64,000 nt of DNA from Minisyncoccia bacterium (GCA_044229265.1 JBGATK010000001.1:35776-99775); one strand, 5' to 3'; counted from the first letter of the stretch, positions 20,348 to 30,282 are shown. The notes: a model not told the origin generated them from the letters alone. Translations and numbers: made by a program.

Positions 20348-22021
20348 TTATTTTATCTTTGCTTCGAGGATTTCTAAACGCCTACGCAAATCTTCATTTT
20401 CTTTTTTTAGTTCATTAATTTGAGCTTCATGTTTTTGAGTTTCTTTAAGTAGCAATACTGACAACATTGGATATTTAACAGAATCTGGGATTAGTAAATC
20501 TCTTGTGCTACCGGCAATTACATTCTTCTCTGGAATATAGTCCACCAAAGCAGGCACAACTTTATCTACATCTTCGGCTATAAGACCAAAATACCTAAGT
20601 CCATCACTTTTTGAAGTATAAGAAACTGGTTTCAAATCATAAATTTTTGAAGTATCTATTTCTAAATCCGCGACATCTTTTTTATATCTTATAGAAGAAG
20701 TTGAGCGAAGTAATTTACTAGTACCTGTATCATAATACGCATTTGCAGCATTTGCTGTCGTTCCAATACTTCCAAATGAAGGATTGGTTAGTGTTTTCCC
20801 CGATAGAGTTTGAGTGCCTGTTGTATCTACTGGGGTAAAAGTAGTCCACCCTGTACCTGAATTAACTCTACGTAAAGCATCATTATTACCAGGGCATTTC
20901 TCTACAAGAATACCTGTAGTTTCGGCAGCCAACATACAACCTCCGGTGACGCTTGATACTCCAGTACCTCCTTTACCTACAGGTAAAATACCCGCAACCT
21001 CAGTCGTAGCTAGGTCAACTTGAGCTGTAGTTCCACCACCAGTAGCAAATATGTAATTATTAGCAGTTATAACACCAGCACCAGTTGGACCCAACGTACC
21101 TGAGGTCAGTAGTGCTACTGTATTTGTACCTGTTGTAACACTCGCAAATGATACTGACCCTCCACCTCCAGATGTTCCACAAGAAAAAGTATTTGTAGCA
21201 ATAACATAATTTAAATGATTTCCTCCAGAATCAGGACAATTTAAAAGTGCTTTTGCTTCCCAAGCAGAACCATTTGAAACAAGTAGGGTATCGTCAACAG
21301 CACTTGAAAGGCCTGTGCCACCTTTGGCAAAAGGCACGACATTGTTATAAGTAGTAGAGAGTCCGGTAGAAGTAACGTCCCCAGTTAAGTTTCCCATAGT
21401 AGGTGTTCCCCAAGTATTATCGCCTCGCAAAAAAGTAGTAGAATCTTTTGTGCCAGTAGCTGAGAGCTTTGTAGTCGCTACTATAGTAGCATCAGTAATT
21501 TTTATATTAGTTATTGCATTGTCTGCAATTTTTGAATTTCCTACTGCATTGTCTACAATCTTTCCTGTTGTAATAGTAAGTGGGTCTATAGTCCAAGTAG
21601 CTCCACTGCCAGTAACAGTAATGTCGCCTTTATCACCATCAGAAACACCTCCGGAACTAACATCCCAAGTTAAATTTCCTGCACCATCAGTTTTTAAATA
21701 TCCATTTGCAGTTTGGTTTGCAGGAAAAGTATATGTTTCTGTATTTAGAGTAAGTGTTTTGCCTGGAAAGATAGTTACATTACCTTTTAAATCTGAAGTT
21801 CCGTCTACTACTAATACTGTACCAGAGCGTAGTCCACTCCATGCTACTATTCCTCCGTCTTTTGCTTGAGTAGTGGAGCTTGTGTTTATTGGGGGTTCGG
21901 TGTTGCCTCCTGTTGGAGGAGTGCCTATTGGAGGCACCCACACTGCAAATGCTTGCAAAGCTATTGCAAAGGCTGTGAGGACGAAAACAGATTGAAGAAA
22001 AATTTTTGTTTTATAAGTCAT
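20348..22021 (-). CDS. Secreted fibre protein with a C-terminal peptidase S74 intramolecular chaperone domain
   Basis: Signal peptide; SSIRYKKDV...L.PV.Y...GLIAEDV..V.P.LV followed by a terminal coiled coil. Confidence 0.8.
   Translation of the reverse strand: MTYKTKIFLQSVFVLTAFAIALQAFAVWVPPIGTPPTGGNTEPPINTSSTTQAKDGGIVAWSGLRSGTVLVVDGTSDLKGNVTIFPGKTLTLNTETYTFPANQTANGYLKTDGAGNLTWDVSSGGVSDGDKGDITVTGSGATWTIDPLTITTGKIVDNAVGNSKIADNAITNIKITDATIVATTKLSATGTKDSTTFLRGDNTWGTPTMGNLTGDVTSTGLSTTYNNVVPFAKGGTGLSSAVDDTLLVSNGSAWEAKALLNCPDSGGNHLNYVIATNTFSCGTSGGGGSVSFASVTTGTNTVALLTSGTLGPTGAGVITANNYIFATGGGTTAQVDLATTEVAGILPVGKGGTGVSSVTGGCMLAAETTGILVEKCPGNNDALRRVNSGTGWTTFTPVDTTGTQTLSGKTLTNPSFGSIGTTANAANAYYDTGTSKLLRSTSSIRYKKDVADLEIDTSKIYDLKPVSYTSKSDGLRYFGLIAEDVDKVVPALVDYIPEKNVIAGSTRDLLIPDSVKYPMLSVLLLKETQKHEAQINELKKENEDLRRRLEILEAKIK
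21585..21907. repeat. About 320-bp near-identical repeat, copy 2
   Basis: Encodes GNTEPPINTSSTTQAKDGG...GATWTID in both paralogs. Confidence 0.9.
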
Positions 22022-22044
22022 AATTTTTTACTAAATAATAATAA

Positions 22045-23604
22045 TTAATTTTCTTTGTATTTTCTAGTTTGTTTACCAGAACTAGGATTAATATCTAAGG
22101 TTGTGGAATAAATTTGGTTTGAATTACCTGTGCAAGTAATAGTAAATTTATTATTACCTGCTGGAACATCGATATTAACCTCTTCGTGTGAACCATCAGA
22201 ACTGTCTTTAGGATTTGGTGTTTGCCACGAAGGATTGTTTGGCGCGGAAGTAGGGACACAAGAATTTGCCTGCATTCCAAGCACTGTCCATTTGAGCGTG
22301 GTTTTATTTCCCACAACTTTTGTATTAGAAAATGTAAGTTGCTCATTGAAACCCTTATTCACAAAAACAGGCTGGGCATTCACTGGCACTCCCCCATCAA
22401 AACATTGCAAATCAAAACGAACTGGGGCACTGATGTTTGCAATAGAATAATCGTATTTTGTTTGAGTAGTTGTATTTGAAGTAAAAGGACTTACCTTCCA
22501 ATCTGCCTGTGAATTTCCGAAAGAATCAGTAGTGTGTGCTATACAGCCTGTAAGCGGAGCATCAGAATACCAAGTAAGGTCAACATCAAAAGGTGAATAT
22601 GATACAAAGCTATCTGGAGCAAGGAATAATCGTATACCTACGTGAACTACTACACGTTCTACTACAGACCAAATAGTGCCAGTAGTGTCTAGACATTTTA
22701 TTTCATATATATAATCTCCTTTAGTATTCAAAATACCTGTATTAAAAGTGCCACTTGGTGAATTTTTTTCTGGCACTGGATTTATCCATGCTCCTGTATC
22801 CTGTGAACCTGCACCTTGGCTAGCCAAACATCCAGTAGGACTATTTATTAAATTAAGACCATCCCAAAATATTGTAGTTTGACCACCTTGAGGGATATAA
22901 ATATCTTGCGCTGAAATTGTAACCATGGGTTCATTGATAGGATCATAAAAAACATTTGAAAAATCTAACCAACCTACGACTTGTTCATCGTGAATACCTG
23001 AGCCATCATTTCCACCAAAGGCATAACCACCAAAAGTTTTTAAATTAGCATCATAACTGACACCATAGCCAGTGCCACGAAGAGAAAGCCATCCATCCCA
23101 ACCCCCATTTGAAGCATTTTTACCAGCATTGCCAGTACAAAGAGAAGGGACAGCTGAAGGCGAACAAAAACGAGCCCAGCCTCGAACTTCATTTCCGACT
23201 ACTTGGGCATTTTGAGTATAAGTTCCAAAACCAGTAGGCATTTCACTAGTATTTAATCCTCCGAATTTTACCCAACCATAGTGAGCTGAATAAGCATAAC
23301 CTTCTAAATAACCAGTATTTGGATCGAAATTTACACCATAATTTGAATCACTACATCCATTATGAGAGACACAATTAAAAGAAAGCCATTCTGTTCCACC
23401 TCTGACTAAACCATAGCCAAAATCACCTTCATCCATACCCCAAGCTGCACCCTGCAAACTATCTAGAGTGCTACCTTTGACTAAATTATTTGAAAAAGAG
23501 AATAAAAATCCAAAAACAACTACAATTACTAAAAACTTGATTGCTTTTACATGATCAAATTTAATCAAACTAACTTTTTTAAATATTTTTTTAAAAATTT
23601 GCAT
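22045..23604 (-). CDS. Secreted Cys/Trp-rich surface protein with G.AW...GW..F repeats and Ig-like modules
   Basis: N-terminal hydrophobic segment; GYAYSAHYGWVKF, GWARFCS, GGWDGWLSL repeats; L.W....C...Y.I.C modules. Confidence 0.6.
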   Translation of the reverse strand: MQIFKKIFKKVSLIKFDHVKAIKFLVIVVVFGFLFSFSNNLVKGSTLDSLQGAAWGMDEGDFGYGLVRGGTEWLSFNCVSHNGCSDSNYGVNFDPNTGYLEGYAYSAHYGWVKFGGLNTSEMPTGFGTYTQNAQVVGNEVRGWARFCSPSAVPSLCTGNAGKNASNGGWDGWLSLRGTGYGVSYDANLKTFGGYAFGGNDGSGIHDEQVVGWLDFSNVFYDPINEPMVTISAQDIYIPQGGQTTIFWDGLNLINSPTGCLASQGAGSQDTGAWINPVPEKNSPSGTFNTGILNTKGDYIYEIKCLDTTGTIWSVVERVVVHVGIRLFLAPDSFVSYSPFDVDLTWYSDAPLTGCIAHTTDSFGNSQADWKVSPFTSNTTTQTKYDYSIANISAPVRFDLQCFDGGVPVNAQPVFVNKGFNEQLTFSNTKVVGNKTTLKWTVLGMQANSCVPTSAPNNPSWQTPNPKDSSDGSHEEVNIDVPAGNNKFTITCTGNSNQIYSTTLDINPSSGKQTRKYKEN

Positions 23605-23607
23605 AAT

Positions 23608-23913
23608 TTACTGTGTAATATTTAGTAGATCTTGCTTGGAATCTGTTTCATTTCTAGTGTATATATCTTTAGGAGGTGCGACTCTATTCAAATCTTTCTT
23701 CGCTTCAACATCAGATTTTAAATCTGCTGGAGGCTGAAAAGAATTCAAAGTTTCAAGACTTTTCGCATTTTTTTCTTCTTGAGTAAGCTCGGTATTCGGC
23801 ACAACTTGTTCAATCCTAGGAGCAGAATCTTTCTTGATTAAGAAATAAAAAATACCGGCAATTAACAAAACTACTAAAATGCCTACAAAAATAAAAATTT
23901 TTTGTTTTGCCAT
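23608..23913 (-). CDS. Hypothetical single-TM membrane protein
   Basis: N-terminal TM; first gene of the surface/pilus gene run. Confidence 0.6.
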   Translation of the reverse strand: MAKQKIFIFVGILVVLLIAGIFYFLIKKDSAPRIEQVVPNTELTQEEKNAKSLETLNSFQPPADLKSDVEAKKDLNRVAPPKDIYTRNETDSKQDLLNITQ

Positions 23914-23957
23914 ACAAATATATTATATAAAATAAACGCTATAAAATTTAACTTATA

Positions 23958-23966
23958 TGTGGATAA
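23958..23966 (-). promoter_or_regulatory. Perfect DnaA box in the divergent promoter region
   Basis: TGTGGATAA is the reverse complement of TTATCCACA. Confidence 0.45.
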
Positions 23967-24015
23967 CTAAAAAGTATTTGCCTTTTAGTTTTAAATTTGA
24001 TATTATATGCATATT

Positions 24016-24044
24016 AAAGTCCTGTCGAAAAAGGGACTTTTTTT
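24016..24044 (+). terminator. Terminator-like hairpin in the nusA leader (possible attenuator)
   Basis: AAAGTCC-tgtcgaaaaag-GGACTTT followed by a T-run, located just after TTGCCT...TATTAT. Confidence 0.55.
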
Positions 24045-24046
24045 AT

Positions 24047-24077
24047 TCCTCCTACGCCAAAGGCTACGGAGGATAAA
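24047..24077 (+). repeat. Family-A hairpin element
   Basis: TCCTCCTACGCCAAAGGCTACGGAGGATAAA. Confidence 0.75.
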
Positions 24078-24110
24078 TAAAAATTTAATAGTTAATATAA
24101 AATTAAATAT

Positions 24111-25295
24111 ATGTTAGATATAAAAACATTCAAATCAGCCTTAGACCAATTAGAACTCGAACGAAAAATCCCAAAAGAAAAAATACTAGACGCCATCGAA
24201 CAAGCCATGGCTGCCGCTTATAAAAAAGATTACGGTAAAAAGGGGCAAATAGTTCGTGCTAAATTTGATCTTGAAACAGGTAAAACTGATTTCTATCAAG
24301 TAAAAATAGTCGTCGATGAAAGTATCGCTCGTATCGCACCTGTCGCAGAAGAAGAAACTGAATACGAAATAGCGGAGGAAAATGGCGATGAACGTGTTCG
24401 TTTCAATGAAGAGCACCACATTATGCTTGAAGACGCTCGCTTAATTAAAAAAGACGCTGAAATAAACGATGAAATAGTTTTCCCTCTTGATGCAAAAGAA
24501 GACTATGGCCGTATTGCTGCTCAAACCGCAAAGCAAGTCATAATTCAACGTATTCGTGAAGCAGAACGCACAAGTATTATGGATGAATATGGCACCAAAG
24601 AAGGTGAAATTATCTCTGGTATCGTTCAAAAAATTGAACGCGGAAATGCTTTTGTGGATTTTAATCGTGCAACAGGAATACTCCCAGCTGAAGAACAAAT
24701 TCCAGGCGAATACCTCGCTCGTGGTCAAAGAATAAAGGCATATTTATACTCTGTTGAAGATTCACCTCGTGGTGTTTCCCTGCGTCTTTCTCGCACACAT
24801 CCAAAATTTGTTGAGAAATTATTCTCTATCGAAGCTCCAGAAATAGAATCTGGAGTAGTAGAAATAAAATCCGTGTCTCGTGAAGCAGGTTCACGAAGTA
24901 AAATCGCAGTATTTTCAAACGATGAACATATAGACCCAGTAGGTTCTTGTGTTGGTCAAAAAGGTACACGCGTAAATACTGTGACTTCCGAATTAGGCGG
25001 AGAAAAAATCGATATTATCCCTTGGTCAACCGATCCAAAAGTATATGTAGCAAATTCTCTCTCTCCAGCAAAAGTACTTTCTATAGAAATAGATGAAAAA
25101 GAACACAAAGCTCTGATTGAAGTAGCTGAAGACCAACTATCTCTTGCTATTGGTAAAGGCGGACAAAATGTTCGTTTAGCGGCAAAATTAACTGGCTGGA
25201 GAATAGATATCAAAGGCAATGGTGCAGTAGAAAATAAAGAAGAAAATTCAGATGAAAATTCTGAATCTAAAGAAGAAGTTGCGGAAGAAAATTAA
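24111..25295 (+). CDS. nusA: Transcription elongation factor NusA
   Basis: GRIAAQTAKQVI.Q, S1 and KH domains, AIGKGGQNVRLA. Confidence 0.98.
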   Translation: MLDIKTFKSALDQLELERKIPKEKILDAIEQAMAAAYKKDYGKKGQIVRAKFDLETGKTDFYQVKIVVDESIARIAPVAEEETEYEIAEENGDERVRFNEEHHIMLEDARLIKKDAEINDEIVFPLDAKEDYGRIAAQTAKQVIIQRIREAERTSIMDEYGTKEGEIISGIVQKIERGNAFVDFNRATGILPAEEQIPGEYLARGQRIKAYLYSVEDSPRGVSLRLSRTHPKFVEKLFSIEAPEIESGVVEIKSVSREAGSRSKIAVFSNDEHIDPVGSCVGQKGTRVNTVTSELGGEKIDIIPWSTDPKVYVANSLSPAKVLSIEIDEKEHKALIEVAEDQLSLAIGKGGQNVRLAAKLTGWRIDIKGNGAVENKEENSDENSESKEEVAEEN

Positions 25296-25337
25296 TAAAT
25301 CTATAATTTAATTATTAATTAAATAAAAAATAAAACT

Positions 25338-25880
25338 ATGAGTTTAAATCTTTGGCACGATATAGAAATAGGAAAAAATGCACCAGAAGAATTCAATTGC
25401 ATAATTGAAATTCCAAAAGGTTCACACAATAAATACGAAATAGACAAAGCAACAGGTATTATCAAGCTCGACCGAGCAAATTACAATGCTTCACCTTATC
25501 CATGTGAATACGGCTTTATTCCTCAAACATTATGGGAAGATGGCGACGCTATCGATGTTTTACTACTTGCTACATACCCTATACATCCAGGTATATTAGT
25601 AGAGGCTAGACCTGTCGGACTCATGGAATTAGTAGATGAAGATGAATCAGACTACAAAATAATCGCAGTGCCAGTAGATGATCTAAGATGGAATGACGTA
25701 AAAGACATTGAGGATGTGAATAAACATACTTTAAAAGAATTTAAACACTATTGGGAAGTTATAAAACACTTAAAACCAAAACCTTCTACGGGAGTAATCA
25801 ATGCTTTTAAGGGCAAAACAGAAGCCATGGAAGCTATAAAACGTTCTCAAGAATTATATAAAGAGAAATTTGGTAAATAA
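25338..25880 (+). CDS. ppa: Inorganic pyrophosphatase (family I)
   Basis: IEIPKGS.NKYE, YGFIPQT..EDGD.IDVL, D.KIIAV. Confidence 0.95.
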   Translation: MSLNLWHDIEIGKNAPEEFNCIIEIPKGSHNKYEIDKATGIIKLDRANYNASPYPCEYGFIPQTLWEDGDAIDVLLLATYPIHPGILVEARPVGLMELVDEDESDYKIIAVPVDDLRWNDVKDIEDVNKHTLKEFKHYWEVIKHLKPKPSTGVINAFKGKTEAMEAIKRSQELYKEKFGK

Positions 25881-25976
25881 TATAAATTTTACCCAATACG
25901 AAATATGCTATAATAGACTACGGAGCTAATCCATAGTCTATTTTAGCTTCAAATTAGAAATAACATTAAAATAAAT

Positions 25977-26753
25977 ATGAAAAATACATTAAAATTATTC
26001 TTAATACTGTCCTTGGTTTTTGCTTTAGGGGCAAATACAGCAAAAGCTCGTGAAGAAGAGCCAGGAGACGATCGTGGAAGTGATAGGTCAACGTTAGAAG
26101 ATAGTTCTGAAAGGAATCTTCCCCCACCAGTGCCTGGTCGCGAAGAAGAATTTCAAAAAGCATTACAAGCTTTTATTGAATCACAAAAAGCCAAAGGTTT
26201 TTCCGAAGCTGAAGTGAAAAAATTCATAAATTTAAAAGCTGAAGATAGAAAAGAAAAAATAGAGAAACTTCATGATGAATTGAAAGAAAAACGTGAAGAA
26301 AATAAACAAAAGCTCGAAGATTTCAAAGAAAAGGCAAAAACAGAAAAAATTAAAAGTGTAATCGAAGGTCGCAAGCAAGCCCTAGAGAGATTTGAGAAAA
26401 GCGTAGACCGCCTAGAAGAATTACAAGACAAAGTGCAAACTATAATAGACAGAGTAAGTGCTAAAGGCGTTGATACCACAAATGGAGTAAAAGCAATTAG
26501 TGAAGTTGATGCGAAAATCATTACTATAGAAAGTAAAGTAAATGAAATGCATGCTATTCTTTCAAAATCTACTTCTGACCTTACAAAAGCTGACAAAGAA
26601 GCTTTATTAAAATTACAAAAAGAAGTTCGAACGCTGGTGACAGATTCACAAAAATTATTGCAAACAGCAATCAAAAATCTAAAAGATGCTATTAAAGTAA
26701 AAACCTCAAATTCATCATCTTCAAATACATCTACTAGCACAACTACACAATAA
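25977..26753 (+). CDS. Secreted coiled-coil protein
   Basis: Signal peptide ending AKA; long Lys/Glu heptads; Ser/Thr tail. Confidence 0.65.
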   Translation: MKNTLKLFLILSLVFALGANTAKAREEEPGDDRGSDRSTLEDSSERNLPPPVPGREEEFQKALQAFIESQKAKGFSEAEVKKFINLKAEDRKEKIEKLHDELKEKREENKQKLEDFKEKAKTEKIKSVIEGRKQALERFEKSVDRLEELQDKVQTIIDRVSAKGVDTTNGVKAISEVDAKIITIESKVNEMHAILSKSTSDLTKADKEALLKLQKEVRTLVTDSQKLLQTAIKNLKDAIKVKTSNSSSSNTSTSTTTQ

Positions 26754-26777
26754 TTATTATTTAACTAAAACAAAAAT

Positions 26778-27020
26778 ATGGAAAACGATAAAAAATCAAA
26801 TGGTGCGTTCATAGGAGCAGTTGTAGTTATTATTCTTATAGTTGTCGGTGCTATCTACATGTGGAACAAAAAATCAGAACCAGTAGAATCACCTGTAGAA
26901 AATAATGAAGTTTCTGAGGATGCAACAGTAATAAATGCTTACGAAGAATTAAATACTATAGAGGGCGATGTAAATGCCATGAATACAACTGAACTAAATT
27001 TAGATAGTTCTGTGCAATAA
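26778..27020 (+). CDS. Small single-TM protein
   Basis: GAFIGAVVVIILIVVGAIYMW TM followed by an acidic tail. Confidence 0.65.
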   Translation: MENDKKSNGAFIGAVVVIILIVVGAIYMWNKKSEPVESPVENNEVSEDATVINAYEELNTIEGDVNAMNTTELNLDSSVQ

Positions 27021-27039
27021 AAATATATACTAAATAAAT

Positions 27040-27070
27040 TAAAAACACAGGCAAAAACCTGTGTTTTTAA
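27040..27070. terminator. Intrinsic terminator
   Basis: AAAAACACAGG-caaaaa-CCTGTGTTTTT. Confidence 0.7.
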
Positions 27071-27113
27071 TTTATTTGAAAATTCTAAAAATTTAATGTA
27101 AGATACGAGAACT

Positions 27114-28172
27114 ATGACCATACAAATAAAAATAAACAAATTACCAAAAAGCGCAGTAGAGATTGAGGGCGAACTAGAAGCTAATGCCTTTGAAAGCTAT
27201 TTCGACAAAGCAGTAAAGCACTTGGGCGAACATTTTGAATTAGATGGTTTCCGCAAAGGCAAAGTGCCTACTGATGTAATGCTATCCAATATTCCCGAAA
27301 TTCGTATTTTAGAAGAAATGGCACAGTTAGCTATAAGCGAGCATTACCCAAAAGCCATAGCCGAGCAAAAACTAGACATTATTTCACAACCAGAAATTTC
27401 TATCACTAAACTCGCTCGTAATAATCCACTAAATTTTAAAATTAAAGTTGCTGTTCTACCAGAATTTTCTTTGCCAGATTATAAATCTATCGCTAAGAAA
27501 ACTTTAGCTAGTTTAACTGAAGCTGATAAATCTACTGAAATTACAGAAGCTGAAGTAGAGCAAACTATTATGGATATTCGTAAATCTCGCGCTCCTAAAG
27601 TAAAAACAGAAGATTTAGCAAATAACACACCAAACTCTGAAGTTAAAGAAGAATTACCGGACTTTAATGATGAATTCGTGCAAGCTCTTGGACCGTTTGA
27701 AAACATAGCTGACTTCACAGAAAAGTTAAAAGAAAATTTAAAACTTGAAAAAACAAATCTAGTTCGTGAAAAAACTCGCCTAAAAATCATGGAAGCCATA
27801 ATAGAGGCTACCACTATTGAAGTACCAGAAATAATAGTTGCATTAGAAACTGAAAAAATACTTTATAGAATGGAGTCCGACATTACCCAAATGGGTATGA
27901 AGTTCGAGGACTATTTAAAACATTTAAATAAAACCAAAGAAGATCTTAAAAAAGAATTTGAAAAAGATGCTGAGAAAAAAGCTATCCTTTCCCTCATCTT
28001 AAACCAAATAGCTAAAGTCGAAAACCTAGAACCAAATCAAGAAGATGTAGAAAAAGAAGTTTCCCATATCATGGAGCACTACAAAGACGCGGACAAATCT
28101 CGCGCCGAAGCTTATGCTCATAATATGCTAACAAATGAAAAGATTTTCCAATTCTTGGAAGAGCAGAAATAA
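27114..28172 (+). CDS. tig: Trigger factor lacking the central PPIase domain
   Basis: GFRKGKVP ribosome-binding loop; ELPDFNDEF; only 352 aa. Confidence 0.92.
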   Translation: MTIQIKINKLPKSAVEIEGELEANAFESYFDKAVKHLGEHFELDGFRKGKVPTDVMLSNIPEIRILEEMAQLAISEHYPKAIAEQKLDIISQPEISITKLARNNPLNFKIKVAVLPEFSLPDYKSIAKKTLASLTEADKSTEITEAEVEQTIMDIRKSRAPKVKTEDLANNTPNSEVKEELPDFNDEFVQALGPFENIADFTEKLKENLKLEKTNLVREKTRLKIMEAIIEATTIEVPEIIVALETEKILYRMESDITQMGMKFEDYLKHLNKTKEDLKKEFEKDAEKKAILSLILNQIAKVENLEPNQEDVEKEVSHIMEHYKDADKSRAEAYAHNMLTNEKIFQFLEEQK

Positions 28173-28174
28173 AA
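28138..28174 (+). repeat. tig 3' end, duplicated at 29504-29539
   Basis: CAATTCTTGGAAGAGCAGAAATAAAA identical in both copies, preceded by AAAAGATTTT(C). Confidence 0.85.
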
Positions 28175-28256
28175 TCTCAAACTTCACTCTTGCTTTAAAG
28201 CAGGCAAAACTTTGACAAACTATTCTGAAAGAGTTAGATTTTAAGAAAATTAAAAA

Positions 28257-28898
28257 ATGAATAAAGAAAAAATGATTGAACTGGCCCACGCTAATCGCGT
28301 GCTCCAAATTAATTTTACCGATCAAATTACTACCAGCCAAGGAGATTTAGTCCCTATTTATTTTGATTGGCGAAACAGTGGAGAATCTCCAGAACTTATG
28401 AATTTGATCTCTGACGCAATTTACGAAAAAATGTGGAGACTGGAGGTTGATGTGATTGTTGGTGTAGCAAACGGAGGTTCTTTGCATGCTGACTGGTTGG
28501 CTTCAAGGATTAACCACAAGATCGCGTTCGTAAGACCTAAGGCCGAGCCGAAGGGACACGGATTTAGAAACGTGATCGAAGGAGCTATGGTGAAAGATCG
28601 TAAAGTTTTCGTAATAGAAGACGTACTGACCACAGGCACCTCGCTCGAACAAGCTATTTGGGCTCTTAAAAAAGAAGGGGCTATAATTGTTAAGGCATGT
28701 GCTATATACGCTCGTAATAGAAATATTATTGACGTATTTAATAATAAAGGCATAAAATTGGATTTATTATTAGACTTGAATGATTTTTCTGAATTATTTA
28801 ACAGTATTTTTAGTCCAGAAGATCACAAGGCTTTCAATGCTTGGATATACAAGCAAATGTCAGAAGGCATGAAGCCAAGACCTAGGCTTCATAGTTAA
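28257..28898 (+). CDS. pyrE: Orotate phosphoribosyltransferase-like PRTase
   Basis: PIYFDWR, K.HG....IEG, VIEDVLTTGTS PRPP-binding loop. Confidence 0.8.
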   Translation: MNKEKMIELAHANRVLQINFTDQITTSQGDLVPIYFDWRNSGESPELMNLISDAIYEKMWRLEVDVIVGVANGGSLHADWLASRINHKIAFVRPKAEPKGHGFRNVIEGAMVKDRKVFVIEDVLTTGTSLEQAIWALKKEGAIIVKACAIYARNRNIIDVFNNKGIKLDLLLDLNDFSELFNSIFSPEDHKAFNAWIYKQMSEGMKPRPRLHS

Positions 28899-28925
28899 AT
28901 CTCTATTATTCTCTTTGAACAATTA

Positions 28926-28954
28926 AGCGGAAATTCGTATTTCCGCTTTTTTTA
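28926..28954. terminator. Intrinsic terminator between convergent genes
   Basis: AAGCGGAAAT-tcgt-ATTTCCGCTT followed by a T-run. Confidence 0.7.
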
Positions 28955-28955
28955 T

Positions 28956-29489
28956 TTAGGTAAATAATATATAGTTAAAACTTAAATTTATTAGAAAATG
29001 AGAAACTGAAATCAAATAAATATTTCTAAATTTCAAGAAATGCTGACCCCAGAAATAACCTGCTATAAAAGTTAACCCGGCAAAAATAACTCCGGTAGTA
29101 GTCCAAGTATATGGAGCAATTAAATGGAAAAGTACGAAAATGGCTATGCTTATCCATAATGCTTTCTTTTCACCAAATTTTTCAAAATAATTTATTATTA
29201 AACTTCTAAATAATATTTCTTGAAAAAATGTGATTGCAAATAATGGTAAAATAGGGTCTTTATCTAGCACCCATTCCGGTAAATTAATGAATTTAGTATA
29301 AATTGCCAGTTGCACTGAAACAAAAACAAGAATATTAAATAACAAAACTTGCCACCAACCAGCAGTAAATTTATGTGGAGCAAATCCAAACTTTTTCCAA
29401 TTAATATTTTTAACAAAAATAATTAAAAAAATAAAAACCAAACCACTTAAACATATAAAGATATTCTCTGCAAAAGTCATACTGGTCAT
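28956..29489 (-). CDS. CPBP/Abi (CAAX-like) intramembrane metalloprotease
   Basis: QEILFR, F.L.H and H...N motifs; start placed at ATG 29489 because the track's TTG lies in the tig duplicate. Confidence 0.8.
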   Translation of the reverse strand: MTSMTFAENIFICLSGLVFIFLIIFVKNINWKKFGFAPHKFTAGWWQVLLFNILVFVSVQLAIYTKFINLPEWVLDKDPILPLFAITFFQEILFRSLIINYFEKFGEKKALWISIAIFVLFHLIAPYTWTTTGVIFAGLTFIAGYFWGQHFLKFRNIYLISVSHFLINLSFNYILFT

Positions 29490-29546
29490 ACTAGCATACA
29501 CAAAAAAGATTTTCAATTCTTGGAAGAGCAGAAATAAAAAAAGCGC

Positions 29547-30170
29547 TCAATCATTTATAAGCGCTGTTTTGGAAACTATTTTTTTTATTTGATTATAAAG
29601 TTCTTGAACTCTTTTTGGCATTTCTTTGAGCTCACATTCTGTGTTTATTACCAGAGTAGTTTCAGACTCTAAATCAGGGCGATCCTTTTGAGAAGACATC
29701 CTGCTCTCAATATCAGTTAAGCTCATATTGCGATAAAGCTCTAACCTTCTCACCCTCTCAACTTTGTCGCAAACTGTAGAAATAACACCAAGCTCAAATT
29801 TACTTTGGCTATTTGTTTCATAAAGCATTGCCATCTCTACAATGCAAATATGGTCTTTAGAATAAAATGCCACAATTTCTTTAATCCTTTGCCAAACCTT
29901 TGGGTGAATAAAAAGCTCAAGTTTGGTTTTTTTACCGATATCATTAAAAATGATTTCAGCGACAAGTTTTGTTTGTAAAATCCCATCCCAAAAAACTTCT
30001 TTGCCTAAAATTTGGGAAATTATTCTTTGGTTTTGTACCTCCGACATTATTTGTTTAGCTATGTCGTCAGTATTAATTGTGTGAATATCACAATAATGGG
30101 CTAATAGTGTGGCCACGGTTGACTTTGCTGAACCTATCGGCCCAGTCAAAGCAAAAGCGTTTAATTCCAT
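29547..30170 (-). CDS. coaE: Dephospho-CoA kinase
   Basis: LTGPIGSAKSTV, D.IAK, LE..IHP.V, R...Q. Confidence 0.85.
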   Translation of the reverse strand: MELNAFALTGPIGSAKSTVATLLAHYCDIHTINTDDIAKQIMSEVQNQRIISQILGKEVFWDGILQTKLVAEIIFNDIGKKTKLELFIHPKVWQRIKEIVAFYSKDHICIVEMAMLYETNSQSKFELGVISTVCDKVERVRRLELYRNMSLTDIESRMSSQKDRPDLESETTLVINTECELKEMPKRVQELYNQIKKIVSKTALIND

Positions 30171-30282
30171 TTATTTCAAATTTTCCCCATACTAATACTT
30201 AATTAGACTTTTTGCAAACACAATTGCACTCTATGTTTTGTATTAACTTGAAAATTTTAAGATTAAAGTATAAGATAAACTT

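Noticed and set aside
19876-21907. Diversity-generating retroelement TR/VR pair
   Set aside because: The repeat is N-terminal, inside two intact genes, with few differences, and no reverse transcriptase is present in the window.
18003-22021. Prophage suggested by tail-fibre and S74 domains
   Set aside because: Both proteins have signal peptides and sit in a pilus locus; there is no capsid, terminase, portal or integrase gene.
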